From an uncultured Deinococcaceae bacterium (GTDB lineage Bacteria > Deinococcota > Deinococci > Deinococcales > Deinococcaceae), in contig CAXULY010000002.1 of the NCBI GenBank assembly GCA_964252075.1, positions 96,001-160,000 of the forward strand: 64,000 nucleotides of DNA, in the 5' to 3' direction. Positions within the stretch are counted from its first letter, which is position 1; every line of letters begins with the position of its first letter. Shown piece by piece: positions 38,781 through 48,654 of the stretch. The notes below the pieces were generated by a model. It was given only the letters and a program-made list of their open reading frames with translations. It did no database searches and had not been told where the DNA came from. The position numbers were made by a program, and so were the translations under genes.

Positions 38781-40430
38781 GTGTCCACGGCCTCATCACG
38801 CTCCCCTGACGACATTGACCTGCGTCAGGTCGCCTCCACGCTCCGCCGGGCCGCCCTGCCTATCCTGCTGCTCACCGCAGCCGCGTCGGCGGGCACGTAC
38901 CTGCTGTCCGGGCACCGCGCCCCCACCTACCAGAGTGTCAGCAGCGTCATCGCGGTGCAGGACAACGTCCGCAACGCCCTCATCAACAACACGCTGGTGA
39001 CGGCGCCGCCCCTGCCGCAGGGCGCGGTGGAGGAAGCCACGCACTCGCGCGGCGTCGTGACGCGCATCACGCGCATCGTGGCGCGCAGCGGTCTGCCCGA
39101 CGAGCTCAAGCGGACGATCGGCACCTCGCTCACGCGTGAGCTGGGCAGCCAGTCCTTCCGGCGCCTCACGGTGCGCGCGCGCCTCGACCAGCAGCAGAGC
39201 GGCGTGTACGAGCTTCGCGCGAGCGCCGAGACGCCGCAGGCGGCGCGGGTGCTGGCGGACGCCGCCGTGCAGGCGCTCCTCGACTGGGACCTGAGCCGCG
39301 CGCAGGAGGGCGTGAAGCGCGCGCGCGCGAGCCTGGAGGGGCAGCTGAACGACCTCACGGCGCGCATCGCGCAGACGCCGCCCGGCAGCGTGGACGCGCA
39401 GAGCCTCATCGCGGCGCGCGGGCAGGTCCTGCAGAACCTCTCGCAGGTGAGTGTCTTCGAGCGCGCGGCGAGCGGCACGCTGTCCCTGGTATCCGAGGCG
39501 AACGAACCCACACGCCCCGCCAGCCCGCACCCCGCGCGGGATGCGGCGCTCGCGGGCCTGCTCGCGCTGATCGTGGGGTCCGGCGCGGCGCTCATGACGG
39601 ACGCGCTGCGCCGCCGCGTGAAGGAGCCCGGTGACCTCATGGCGCTCGGCGTGCCCGTGGTGGGGCAATTGCCGAAACTCACGCGCGAGCAGTTGCGCCG
39701 CGGCATCATCGAGAACGCCCGCGCGGGCGCGCTGTACGAGAGCATCGGCTTCGCGCGCGTGAACCTGATGGGCCTCATGCGGGAGAAGACGGGCGGCGCG
39801 GCGCACGTGTTCGCCATCTCCAGCACCAGCCCCGGCAACGGCAAGAGCAGCGTGACCGCCGCGCTCGCCAAGAGCCTCAGTCAGGCGGACCTGCGCGTGC
39901 TGATCGTGGACCTCGACAGTTACCGCCCCACGCAGCAGCGCCTGTGGAGCCGCCCCATGGTGCACTGGAAGCCCCTGCCGGGCGCGTTCCGGGACGCCGC
40001 GGCGCCCAGCACGCTGGCGTCCGCGCTGCAGCGACCGGAACTCGCGACGGCGCTGGAGGTGGACGACGGCATTGACCTGCTGCCCGCCGCGGACGGCAGC
40101 AGGCGCGCGGACCTCACCATGCCCGTCATGCACCCGCGCCTGCACGCGCTGCTGCACCAGTGGGCGGCGGGCTACGACGTGGTGCTGCTCGACACCACGC
40201 CCATGCTGTCCGTGTCGGACACGCTGGCGGTGGCGCCCGCCACGGACGGCATCGTGATGGTGGTGGAGTCCGAGCGCACGCCCATCGCGGACCTGGAGCG
40301 CGTGCTGCAGAACGCGCGCGTGGCGGGCGCGCCCATCGTGGGGTTCGTGCTGAACAAGTCCGCGCGCCTGCGCAGCGATTACGGGTACTACAGCCTGCCC
40401 CTCACGGACCTCGCGCACCCGCGGGGCTGA
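38781..40430 (+). CDS. wzc: Wzc-like polysaccharide co-polymerase / tyrosine kinase
   Basis: DIDLR N-terminus, two TMs, STSPGNGKS Walker A, LLDTTP, C-terminal DYGYY; start uncertain. Confidence 0.85.
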   Translation: MSTASSRSPDDIDLRQVASTLRRAALPILLLTAAASAGTYLLSGHRAPTYQSVSSVIAVQDNVRNALINNTLVTAPPLPQGAVEEATHSRGVVTRITRIVARSGLPDELKRTIGTSLTRELGSQSFRRLTVRARLDQQQSGVYELRASAETPQAARVLADAAVQALLDWDLSRAQEGVKRARASLEGQLNDLTARIAQTPPGSVDAQSLIAARGQVLQNLSQVSVFERAASGTLSLVSEANEPTRPASPHPARDAALAGLLALIVGSGAALMTDALRRRVKEPGDLMALGVPVVGQLPKLTREQLRRGIIENARAGALYESIGFARVNLMGLMREKTGGAAHVFAISSTSPGNGKSSVTAALAKSLSQADLRVLIVDLDSYRPTQQRLWSRPMVHWKPLPGAFRDAAAPSTLASALQRPELATALEVDDGIDLLPAADGSRRADLTMPVMHPRLHALLHQWAAGYDVVLLDTTPMLSVSDTLAVAPATDGIVMVVESERTPIADLERVLQNARVAGAPIVGFVLNKSARLRSDYGYYSLPLTDLAHPRG

Positions 40431-40441
40431 GGCGCACCCAG

Positions 40442-40470
40442 GGGGCGCCCGGCCGTGTGCCGGGCGCCCC
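40442..40470. terminator. Hairpin between convergent wzc and lacI-family genes
   Basis: GGGGCGCCCGGC-N5-GCCGGGCGCCCC. Confidence 0.65.
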
Positions 40471-40478
40471 TCCGGGTG

Positions 40479-41519
40479 TCAGCGCCGGGGCGCGGCGCCC
40501 GTGGATTCCCGGACAATCAGGGTGGTGTGGAAGGGCGGGTGCGGCGGCGCGTCCTGCCCCTCGGCGAGCGCGACGAGCGTGCGGACCGCGACCGCCCCCA
40601 TCAGTTGCAGCGGCTGCCTCACGGTGGTGAGCGCGGGCCGCGACGCCCCCGCCACGGGCAGGTCGTCGAAGCCCACCACGGACAGGTCGCCCGGCACGCT
40701 CAACCCGAGGTCCTGCGCGGCGTGAATGGCGCCGAGCGCCATGGCGTCCCCGGAGACGAACAAGGCGGTGGGCGGCTGTGGCAGGCGCAGGAGGGCGGCG
40801 GCGGCCCGCTCACCGCTGTCCTTGGTGTAGTCGCCGTGCTGGATGAAGCCGTCCGGGATGGGCAGCGCCGCGTCGTGCAGGGCGTCCTGGTAGCCGCGCA
40901 GGCGCTCCTCGGCGTCGTCGCGGTCCGCGCGCGGGGCGCTGGAGGGTTCCTGGGGGGCGTCGCGCCCCTCGGAGCGCAGGCCGCTGATGAACGCGATGCG
41001 GCTGTGCCCGAGCTGCAGGAGGTGCTGCATGGCCTGACGCGCGCCGCCGTAATTGTCCACCGTGAAGCGCCGCTCGCCTGGACCGTCGACGCTCACCACG
41101 AATTCCGGGAGGTCCGCGCGAGGCGGCGTGGCGCTGGACGGCTGGATGAGCAGCGCGCCGACGCTCAGGCGCGTCATCATGGAGAGGTCCGAGCGGGTGT
41201 GCGCGGCGAGCATCATGACGACGAGGTCGTAGCGGAGTTCGTCGGCGGCCTGCGCGGCGCCCTGCACCACCTCGCTGGCGTACGGTCGGTTGAGTTGCGG
41301 TGTGAAGACGCTGATGACGCGGTTGCGTCCGCCCGCAAGGGCGCGCGCCATGGGATTCACGCGGTAGCCGGTGGCGCGGATGGCGTCCATGACGCGTTCG
41401 CGCGTGGCGGGGCGCACGCCGGATTTGCCGTTGATGACGTTCGAGACGGTCATGGGTGAGACGCCCGCGGTGCGGGCCACGTCGTTCAGGGTGAGGTGTG
41501 GGGGGTCAGCTGCGCTCAT
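40479..41519 (-). CDS. LacI-family transcriptional regulator
   Basis: TLNDVARTAGVSPMTVSNVIN HTH; DLSVVGFDD, LTTVRQP. Confidence 0.95.
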   Translation of the reverse strand: MSAADPPHLTLNDVARTAGVSPMTVSNVINGKSGVRPATRERVMDAIRATGYRVNPMARALAGGRNRVISVFTPQLNRPYASEVVQGAAQAADELRYDLVVMMLAAHTRSDLSMMTRLSVGALLIQPSSATPPRADLPEFVVSVDGPGERRFTVDNYGGARQAMQHLLQLGHSRIAFISGLRSEGRDAPQEPSSAPRADRDDAEERLRGYQDALHDAALPIPDGFIQHGDYTKDSGERAAAALLRLPQPPTALFVSGDAMALGAIHAAQDLGLSVPGDLSVVGFDDLPVAGASRPALTTVRQPLQLMGAVAVRTLVALAEGQDAPPHPPFHTTLIVRESTGAAPRR

Positions 41520-41560
41520 GTCGCCCTTTCAGGGTGTCTTCATGGTGTGGGATTTTTCGC

Positions 41561-41681
41561 TTGCTTTTCCAGAATTATAGCGTTACATTTCGTTCAGTCA
41601 TCACAGTTCAGGGCATGATCACCGCGCCGGAAGCAGGGCGCACCCACAGGTTTTCTGACCTCAAGGATTTTAGCGCTATAC
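41561..41681 (+). promoter_or_regulatory. Promoter and LacI-type operators for the glucanase pair
   Basis: TTGCTT-N17-TACATT; TTATAGCGTTACAT (41575) and TTTTAGCGCTATAC (41668). Confidence 0.6.
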
Positions 41682-41726
41682 ATCCACAGACCCGCGCCAC
41701 CGCCACCCCCCCATCCGGAGTTCTGT

Positions 41727-43922
41727 ATGAAGAAAGCGGTTGTCCTGCTGGCTGGACTCACAGCCACCCTCAGCGCCTGTGGCGCCCCACCCGACGCGCC
41801 CGCACACGCCACCCTCACGCCGCTGGCCGCGTGCAGCAGCACGAACATCGCGCTGAACCGCCCAGCGAGCGCGTCCAGCACCGAGAACGGCGGCACGCCC
41901 GCGCAGGCAGCGGTGGACGGGAATGCCAGTACCCGCTGGTCCAGCGCCTTCAGCGACCCCCAGTGGCTCCAGGTGGACCTCGGCAGCAGCCAGGCACTGT
42001 GCCAAGTCACGATCCAGTGGGAGGCCGCGTACGCGCGGACCTTCCAGATGCTGGTGTCCAACGACCAGACGAACTGGACGCCCGCCAGCGCCGTCACCAC
42101 CGGCACGCCCGGCACGCAGACCGTCGCCGTGAGCGGCTCGGGCCGCTACCTGCGCCTGAACGCCACGCAGCGCGCCACCGGGTACGGCGACTCCCTGTAC
42201 GAACTGCTGGTGTTCCCCACCGGGAGCGGCACCACCCTCCCCACCAGCGACACCCCGAACTTCGGCCCGAACGTCAAGGTGTACGACCCGAGCGTGCCCG
42301 CCAGCACCATCCAGGCGGACCTCGACGCGGCCTTCAACGCGCAGCTCCGCAACGCCAGCGCGCAGTTCGGGAACCAGCGCGCCACGTTCCTCTTCAAGCC
42401 CGGCAGTTACAACGTGTACGCGAACCTGGGCTTCTACACGACCGTCGCGGGCCTCGGCCTGAACCCGGACGACGTGACCATCACCAACAACATCAACGTG
42501 GACAGCGGCTGGAACGCCGGCGACGAGAAGAACGCCACACAGAACTTCTGGCGCTCCGCCGAGAACCTCGCGGTGCTGCCCGCCGGAGGCACCACCCGCT
42601 GGGCGGTGTCGCAGGCGGCCCCCATGCGGCGCGTGCACATCCGCGGCGCGCTCACGCTCGGGCCGTCCAACCAGGACTACGGGCAGGGGTACTCCAGCGG
42701 CGGCTTCATCGCGGAGAGCAAGGTGGATGGCCGCGTCACGTCCGGCTCGCAGCAGCAGTGGTACACGCGCGACAGCAACCTCGGCGGGTGGGACGGCTCG
42801 AACTGGAACATGGTGTTCAGCGGCGTGACGGGCGCCCCCGCCCAGAGCTTCCCCACCCCGCCGTACACGACGCTCGGCAGCACCCCCGCGTCGCGCGACA
42901 AGCCGTACCTGTACTTCGCGAACGGGAAGTACGCGGTGTTCGTGCCGAGCCTGCGCACGAACGCCAGCGGCGCCGCGTGGCCCGGTACGCCCGGCACCAG
43001 CGTCCCCATGAGTCAGTTCTACGTCGCGCGCCCCACCGACAGCACCGCGACACTGAACGCCGCGCTCAGCCAGGGCCTCAACCTGTTCCTCACGCCTGGC
43101 GTGTACCACCTCAGCGAGACGCTGAACGTCACGCGCGCGAACACCGTCGTGCTGGGCCTGGGCTTCCCCACGCTGGTGCCGGACGGCGGCGTGAACGCCA
43201 TGCGCGTCGCGGACGTGGACGGCGTGCGCATTGCCGGACTGCTCTTCGACGCGGGCACCACGAACAGCCAGGCGCTCCTCACGGTGGGCGTGGCGGGCGC
43301 GCACACCAGCCACGCCGCGAACCCCAGCTCCGTTCAGGACGTGTACTTCCGCATCGGCGGCGCCGTCGCGGGCAAGGCCACCACCAGCCTCATCGTGAAC
43401 AGCGATTATGCCCTCGTGGATCACATCTGGGCGTGGCGCGCCGACCACGGGAACGCCCCCACGGGCTGGACCGTGAACACCGCCGACACGGGACTCATCG
43501 TGAACGGCGACCACGTCCTCGCGACCGGGCTGTTCGTGGAGCACTACCAGAAGTACGAGGTGATCTGGAACGGCCAGGACGGCAGGACCATCTTCTTCCA
43601 GAACGAACTCCCCTACGACCCGCCCAGCCAGGCGGCGTGGCGCAGCGGCGCGAACGGCTACGCGGCGTACAAGGTCGCGGACGGCGTCACGACGCACGAG
43701 GCGTGGGGCGTCGGCAGTTACGCGTACTTCAACGTGAACCCGTCCATCCACGCGGACCGCGCCTTCGAGGTGCCCAGCACGCCCGGCGTGCGCATTCACG
43801 ACGCGCTGACCGTGTCACTCGGCAACGTGGGCTTCATTGACCACGTGGTGAACAACGCGGGCGCCGCCGTCCCCATCCCCGGCACAAACACGCAGCCCAG
43901 CGACCTCGTCAGCTACCCCTGA
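41727..43922 (+). CDS. Lipoprotein with CBM32 (F5/8C) and GH55-like exo-beta-1,3-glucanase
   Basis: Lipobox LSAC; AVDGN.STRWSS CBM32; NATQNFWRSAEN, WAVSQAAPMRR, WAWRADHG, FQNELPYD. Confidence 0.85.
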   Translation: MKKAVVLLAGLTATLSACGAPPDAPAHATLTPLAACSSTNIALNRPASASSTENGGTPAQAAVDGNASTRWSSAFSDPQWLQVDLGSSQALCQVTIQWEAAYARTFQMLVSNDQTNWTPASAVTTGTPGTQTVAVSGSGRYLRLNATQRATGYGDSLYELLVFPTGSGTTLPTSDTPNFGPNVKVYDPSVPASTIQADLDAAFNAQLRNASAQFGNQRATFLFKPGSYNVYANLGFYTTVAGLGLNPDDVTITNNINVDSGWNAGDEKNATQNFWRSAENLAVLPAGGTTRWAVSQAAPMRRVHIRGALTLGPSNQDYGQGYSSGGFIAESKVDGRVTSGSQQQWYTRDSNLGGWDGSNWNMVFSGVTGAPAQSFPTPPYTTLGSTPASRDKPYLYFANGKYAVFVPSLRTNASGAAWPGTPGTSVPMSQFYVARPTDSTATLNAALSQGLNLFLTPGVYHLSETLNVTRANTVVLGLGFPTLVPDGGVNAMRVADVDGVRIAGLLFDAGTTNSQALLTVGVAGAHTSHAANPSSVQDVYFRIGGAVAGKATTSLIVNSDYALVDHIWAWRADHGNAPTGWTVNTADTGLIVNGDHVLATGLFVEHYQKYEVIWNGQDGRTIFFQNELPYDPPSQAAWRSGANGYAAYKVADGVTTHEAWGVGSYAYFNVNPSIHADRAFEVPSTPGVRIHDALTVSLGNVGFIDHVVNNAGAAVPIPGTNTQPSDLVSYP
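41832..41991 (+). repeat. 160-bp direct repeat (CBM32 segment), copy 1
   Basis: Three mismatches to 44833-44992. Confidence 0.85.
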
Positions 43923-43935
43923 CCCCGGAGGCCCC

Positions 43936-45231
43936 ATGCACCGTCCCCTCATGACCCTGGCGGGCCTCGCGCTGCTCCTCGCGAGCTGCGGCGCGCCGCA
44001 GACCGACCCCGCGCGCCCCAGCCTCGCGCCGCAGGCCGTCACGAAGAGCCCCAAGCGCGGCATCGCCTACGACCTCGCCACGCCCGCCGACCTGACGGCC
44101 CTCGCGCCCGGCGTGAGCTGGTGGTACAACTGGAGCCCCACCCGAAACGCGGGCGTCACCGCGGACGACGCCGCGCGCGCCAGCATGGATTTCGTGCCGA
44201 TGCTCTGGAACGGCAGTTTCGACACCGCCACCGCCGAACGCCAGATCCGCGCGAACCCGCAGGTGCAGTACCTGCTGGTGCTGAACGAACCGAACCTCAC
44301 CGACCAGTCCAACACCACCCCCAGCCAGGCGGCGGCGCTGTGGCCGCGCTACGAGCAGGTCGCGGCGGACACCGGCGTGAAACTCGTGGGGCCCGCCATG
44401 AACTGGGGCACCATGAGCGGCTACGCCGACCCCGTCGCGTGGCTCGACGCGTTCTACGCCGCGTACCGTGCGGGCCACGGCGGGCGCGACCCGCGCATCG
44501 ACGCACTCGCGTTTCACTGGTACGATTACGGCCTCGCCGCGCAGCTGGACCGCCTGAAGAATTACGGCAAGCCCATCTGGGTGACGGAGTTCGCGAACTG
44601 GCACAGCCAGCAAGACGGCGCGCAGATCGACACGCTCGCCAAGCAGGAAGCGCAGATGAAGGACATGGTCGCCACGCTGGAGGCGCGGCCCGACGTGCAG
44701 CGGTACGCGTGGTTCACGGGCCGCTGGGGGAACGACCCGCACTTCACGAGCCTGCTCGGCGCGAACGGGCAGCTCACGGACCTCGGGCGGTACTACCTGT
44801 CCCTGCCCGCCGCGGGCGGCACCACCAGCACCTGCAGCAGCACGAACATCGCGCTGAACCGCCCGGCGAGCGCGTCCAGCACCGAGAACGGCGGCACGCC
44901 CGCGCAGGCGGCGGTGGACGGGAATGCCAGTACCCGCTGGTCCAGCGCCTTCAGCGACCCCCAGTGGCTTCAGGTGGACCTCGGCAGCAGCCGGGTCATC
45001 TGTGGGCTCACGGTGCAGTGGGAGGCGGCGTACGCCAGCGGCTTCAACGTGCAGGTCTCCAACGATCAGGCGAACTGGACGACGATTTACAGCACCACGG
45101 CCGGGACGGGCGGCACGCAGGTCATCACGCCGACGGCGAGCGCCAGCGGGCGGTTCGTGCGCCTGAACGCCACGAAACGCGCCACCGGGTACGGCGACTC
45201 CATCTTCGAGCTGCAGGTGCGCGGCCAGTAA
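43936..45231 (+). CDS. GH128 beta-1,3-glucanase lipoprotein with C-terminal CBM32
   Basis: Lipobox LASC; KRGIAY, WWYNW, FVPMLW, NEPN, PIWVTEFA, RYAWF. Confidence 0.85.
   Translation: MHRPLMTLAGLALLLASCGAPQTDPARPSLAPQAVTKSPKRGIAYDLATPADLTALAPGVSWWYNWSPTRNAGVTADDAARASMDFVPMLWNGSFDTATAERQIRANPQVQYLLVLNEPNLTDQSNTTPSQAAALWPRYEQVAADTGVKLVGPAMNWGTMSGYADPVAWLDAFYAAYRAGHGGRDPRIDALAFHWYDYGLAAQLDRLKNYGKPIWVTEFANWHSQQDGAQIDTLAKQEAQMKDMVATLEARPDVQRYAWFTGRWGNDPHFTSLLGANGQLTDLGRYYLSLPAAGGTTSTCSSTNIALNRPASASSTENGGTPAQAAVDGNASTRWSSAFSDPQWLQVDLGSSRVICGLTVQWEAAYASGFNVQVSNDQANWTTIYSTTAGTGGTQVITPTASASGRFVRLNATKRATGYGDSIFELQVRGQ
44833..44992 (+). repeat. 160-bp direct repeat (CBM32 segment), copy 2
   Basis: See copy 1. 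Confidence 0.85.
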
Positions 45232-45369
45232 GGAGGGCACGCGGGGCCCACCGTGCCTGAACGGTGGACCCCGCCTGTTGCTGATGAAGCGCGGGCCTCA
45301 CGGCAGGGGCACCTCCGGTACATTGGGGGGCAGGATGCCGGACGGGCGCGGGGCGACGGGAGGCCAGGG

Positions 45370-46275
45370 GTGCCCCTGAGCATCCCCGAGGTGGTGCTGC
45401 AGGATGGCGCGCGGCTGTTCGTGGCGTCGCTGGCGCTCACGACGCTAGCGCAGCAGGTCCCGCGCCGCAACGCGTTCTACACCCTCGCGTGGCTGAGCGG
45501 CGCGCCCGCCACCCTCCTGTGCGACGGCGTCCGTCACGAGGTGCCGCCCGGCTCGCTCGCCTTCATCACGCCCGGGCAGGTGCACCGCTGGGAAGCCGGT
45601 CCGCCCGGAGCGACCGTGGACCTGCTGGGGTTCCTGCCGGACGTGTTCACCGGGAAGCTGCTGGACGTGCGGCTGGTGACGGACCTGCCGTTCTTCCGCG
45701 CGGACGGCCCCACCGTCCTCACCGCGCCTGCCGAAACGCGCGAGGCGCTGGACGTGCTGTTCCGGCAGGCGGAGCGGCGGTACGCGCGGCTCGCCACGCG
45801 CGAGGCGCAGAAGCCCTTCATGACGCTCCCCCGGCGGGCCGAGGCGCTCCTGCTGGCGTACCTGCACACCATCCTGGCGGAAGCGGCGGGCATCGAGGTG
45901 GACGCCAGCGCGCCGCCCGCGAGCGGGGCGGACACCCGGCTCGCGCGGTTGTTCCGCTTCCACGCGGAGGGCAACGTCGCCCGGCGGTACGGCGTCGCGC
46001 ATTACGCGCGGGCGCTGAACGTCACGCCGGACCACCTGACGCGCGTGGTGCGGCGCGTGACGGGCCGCACGCCGAGCGCGTGGCTGCAGGCGCGCCTGCT
46101 GCTGGAGGCGCGCCGACTGCTGACCTTCACCGACCAGCCCATCGAGGGCATCGCGGAGCGCCTGGGCTTCCCGACCGCCACGCAGTTCAGCCAGTGGTTC
46201 CGGCGCGAGGCCGGGCAGACGCCAAGCGACGCGCGCCGCCAGCGTGGCGCCACATCGGATTCTCAACAGTCCTGA
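45370..46275 (+). CDS. AraC-family transcriptional regulator
   Basis: [34 protein letters not shown]; start uncertain. Confidence 0.9.
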   Translation: MPLSIPEVVLQDGARLFVASLALTTLAQQVPRRNAFYTLAWLSGAPATLLCDGVRHEVPPGSLAFITPGQVHRWEAGPPGATVDLLGFLPDVFTGKLLDVRLVTDLPFFRADGPTVLTAPAETREALDVLFRQAERRYARLATREAQKPFMTLPRRAEALLLAYLHTILAEAAGIEVDASAPPASGADTRLARLFRFHAEGNVARRYGVAHYARALNVTPDHLTRVVRRVTGRTPSAWLQARLLLEARRLLTFTDQPIEGIAERLGFPTATQFSQWFRREAGQTPSDARRQRGATSDSQQS

Positions 46276-46400
46276 GCGGTACCTGAACTTCCCGCAGGAA
46301 GGCGCGCAACCTATCCTGGTGTTCAGCGGGCGAGGCGCCCCAACGGATTCACAACCGCACCTCACCACGGTCCTGCATGCGCGGGAACGGAGGCATCACC

Positions 46401-46556
46401 ATGGCCACCACCACCCTGGTCCGCCTGAGCGCCGTCCTGCTGGGCGTTCACACCATGGCCCTGGCCCTGCTCATGCAGGACAGCGGGCCGCCACCGCAGG
46501 CGCCGGACCGCGCGCCACCCCCCACCCCACAGCAGTCCAGAGGAGTTCAACCGTGA
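46401..46556 (+). CDS. Small hydrophobic-N-terminus peptide (51 aa)
   Basis: GGAGG RBS; stop overlaps the next start (GTGA). Confidence 0.45.
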   Translation: MATTTLVRLSAVLLGVHTMALALLMQDSGPPPQAPDRAPPPTPQQSRGVQP

Positions 46557-47548
46557 CCACCATGAACGCCGTTGTCGTGCACGAGCCGGGCGGACCAGAA
46601 GTCTTGCAGGTCGAGGCCCGCCCCATCCCCACGCCGCAGGTCGGCGAGGTGCTCATTCACGTGAAAGCCTTCGGCCTGAACCGCTCCGAGCTGTTCACCC
46701 GCCAGGGCCACTCGCCCGGCGTGCGCTTCCCTCGGGTGCTGGGCATCGAGGCGGTCGGCGTGGTCGAGGCGGCCCCCGGAGGGGAACTCCAGCCGGGCGA
46801 CACCGTCGCGACCGTGATGGGCGGCATGGGGCGCGACTTCGACGGCGGGTACGCGGAGTTCACATGCGTGCCCGCACGGCAGGTGCTGGCCCTGCACACG
46901 GACCTGCCGTGGGCGACGCTCGGCGCCCTCCCGGAGATGCTGCAGACCGCGTGGGGCTCGCTTTTCACGGCGCTGCGCGTGGAGTCAGGCGACCAGTTGC
47001 TCATCCGGGGCGGCACGACCTCGGTGGGCCTCGCGGCGGCCGCCCTCGCGCGGCAGCGCGGGGCGCGCGTGACGTCCACCACCCGCAGCGCGGACCGCGC
47101 GGACCTGCTGCGCGCCGCTGGCGCGCACGAGGTGCTGGTGGACGAAGGGAACGTCGCGGCGCAGGTCGCGCACCGCGGCCAGGGCGCCTTCGATCACGTG
47201 CTGGAACTCATCGGGACGACGACGCTGGAGGATTCCCTGCGCTGCGTCCGTCCGGGCGGCGTGGTGTGCATGACGGGCATCGTGGGCAACGCGTGGTCCC
47301 TGCGGGACTTCGCGCCGATGGACGCCATCCCGAGCGCCGTGCGCCTCACGGCGTACGGCGGCACCGCGGCGGACTTCCTGCGCACCCCCTTCGAGGCGCT
47401 CGCCGCGCACGTCAGCTCGGGCGCGCTGCCCATCCGTGTGGGCCGCACCTTCCACCTGAACGACATCGTGGAGGCGCACCGCTGCATGGAGGAGAACCGC
47501 GCGGGCGGGAAGATCGTGGTGCTGACGGACCGCGCCGACCTCACCTGA
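46553..47548 (+). CDS. MDR-family NAD(P)H:quinone oxidoreductase-like protein
   Basis: [39 protein letters not shown]. Confidence 0.9.
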   Translation: MTTMNAVVVHEPGGPEVLQVEARPIPTPQVGEVLIHVKAFGLNRSELFTRQGHSPGVRFPRVLGIEAVGVVEAAPGGELQPGDTVATVMGGMGRDFDGGYAEFTCVPARQVLALHTDLPWATLGALPEMLQTAWGSLFTALRVESGDQLLIRGGTTSVGLAAAALARQRGARVTSTTRSADRADLLRAAGAHEVLVDEGNVAAQVAHRGQGAFDHVLELIGTTTLEDSLRCVRPGGVVCMTGIVGNAWSLRDFAPMDAIPSAVRLTAYGGTAADFLRTPFEALAAHVSSGALPIRVGRTFHLNDIVEAHRCMEENRAGGKIVVLTDRADLT

Positions 47549-47571
47549 CGCACTGGTACGGCGCTCGGGCG

Positions 47572-47715
47572 TTACGCGCCGTAGGTCGCGATGAGCGCCC
47601 AGATGAAGGTGGTGGTCAACAGCGCCACACCCACGGAGAGGACCGTGGTGGCGTTCCGCACGCGGACGCGGACGTCCTGTCGCCATGCCGGGACGGCCGG
47701 TTGGTGTTGAATCAT
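47572..47715 (-). CDS. Small single-pass membrane protein (47 aa)
   Basis: MIQHQPAV...VLSVGVALLTTTFIWALIATYGA. Confidence 0.4.
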   Translation of the reverse strand: MIQHQPAVPAWRQDVRVRVRNATTVLSVGVALLTTTFIWALIATYGA

Positions 47716-47817
47716 GCCTCATCTGACACCCATTCAGGGCGGGTGTCGCGCAGATGTGCGGCGGCCCGGCGCGAGCAGGAGGGGGCGGGCGCACCGAACC
47801 TGCGCCCGCGGCTTCGC

Positions 47818-48573
47818 TCAGGGCGCGGCGGGCTGGGTGTTCCCCACGTGAACGGACACCGTCACGCCGCGCGCGCTGGGTGTCACGTGGTACGCCGACC
47901 CCAGGCCGTGCACCGTCATCGCGCCATCGCGCACGTGCAGCATGGTGTCCTCGTCCACCGCCCAGCCTGAAGGGATGAGTCCGGCGTCCACCGCGTGCAC
48001 GAGGCGCGACAGTGTGCCCCACTGGCTGGCGTGCACATCCACCGCGAAGGGCACGAGGCCCAGCCCGCGCCGCACGCTGACGGCGTCTAGGTCCTCCGCC
48101 GCGTCGTCGTTCGTGACGGGCACCGGCCGCCCCGCGCGCTCCAACCGCCAGCCCCCGACGAGCGCGCCGGTCGCCGCGATGGCCGCGCCCGCGGAGAACC
48201 CCCCGAAGGGCAGCCGCGCGCGCCGCACGTCCTCCAACCACCCCTGGTCCTGGCACAGCGCCGCCTGGTACAGCGGCGTGAGGCCCCCGCACACGAACAC
48301 CGCGCTGGGGTTCAGGGCCCCCAGGGCCTGGCGGGTGAGGGGCTGCGCCTCATCCACGAAGAGCGGGGCGACCTGCGGCGCGCCGCCGCCCAGCGCGCCG
48401 AACACCGCCGCGTACCGCGCGAACTCCGCTTCCGCGTCCATACCCAGCTCGACCGCGATCACCAGCGCGATCATCGGGTGGCCGCCTGCGCTGGCCGCCT
48501 CTGTGAAGCGCCGGTAGGTGAAGGGTCGGGCCTCAGGCCGCCAGCCTCCACCGAAGAGAAATACATCCATCAC
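47818..48573 (-). CDS. Peptidase S51 / cyanophycinase-like protein
   Basis: FLFGGG, FVCGG, GFSAGA nucleophile elbow, GLGLV...DVH, AVDEDT. Confidence 0.8.
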   Translation of the reverse strand: MMDVFLFGGGWRPEARPFTYRRFTEAASAGGHPMIALVIAVELGMDAEAEFARYAAVFGALGGGAPQVAPLFVDEAQPLTRQALGALNPSAVFVCGGLTPLYQAALCQDQGWLEDVRRARLPFGGFSAGAAIAATGALVGGWRLERAGRPVPVTNDDAAEDLDAVSVRRGLGLVPFAVDVHASQWGTLSRLVHAVDAGLIPSGWAVDEDTMLHVRDGAMTVHGLGSAYHVTPSARGVTVSVHVGNTQPAAP

Positions 48574-48654
48574 TCGCTCCTTCCCCCTTGCGGGCTGACG
48601 TCATGATCGGGGTTCACGGGTGACCGGCCGATGACGGGCGTTCCGCGCGCCCGT

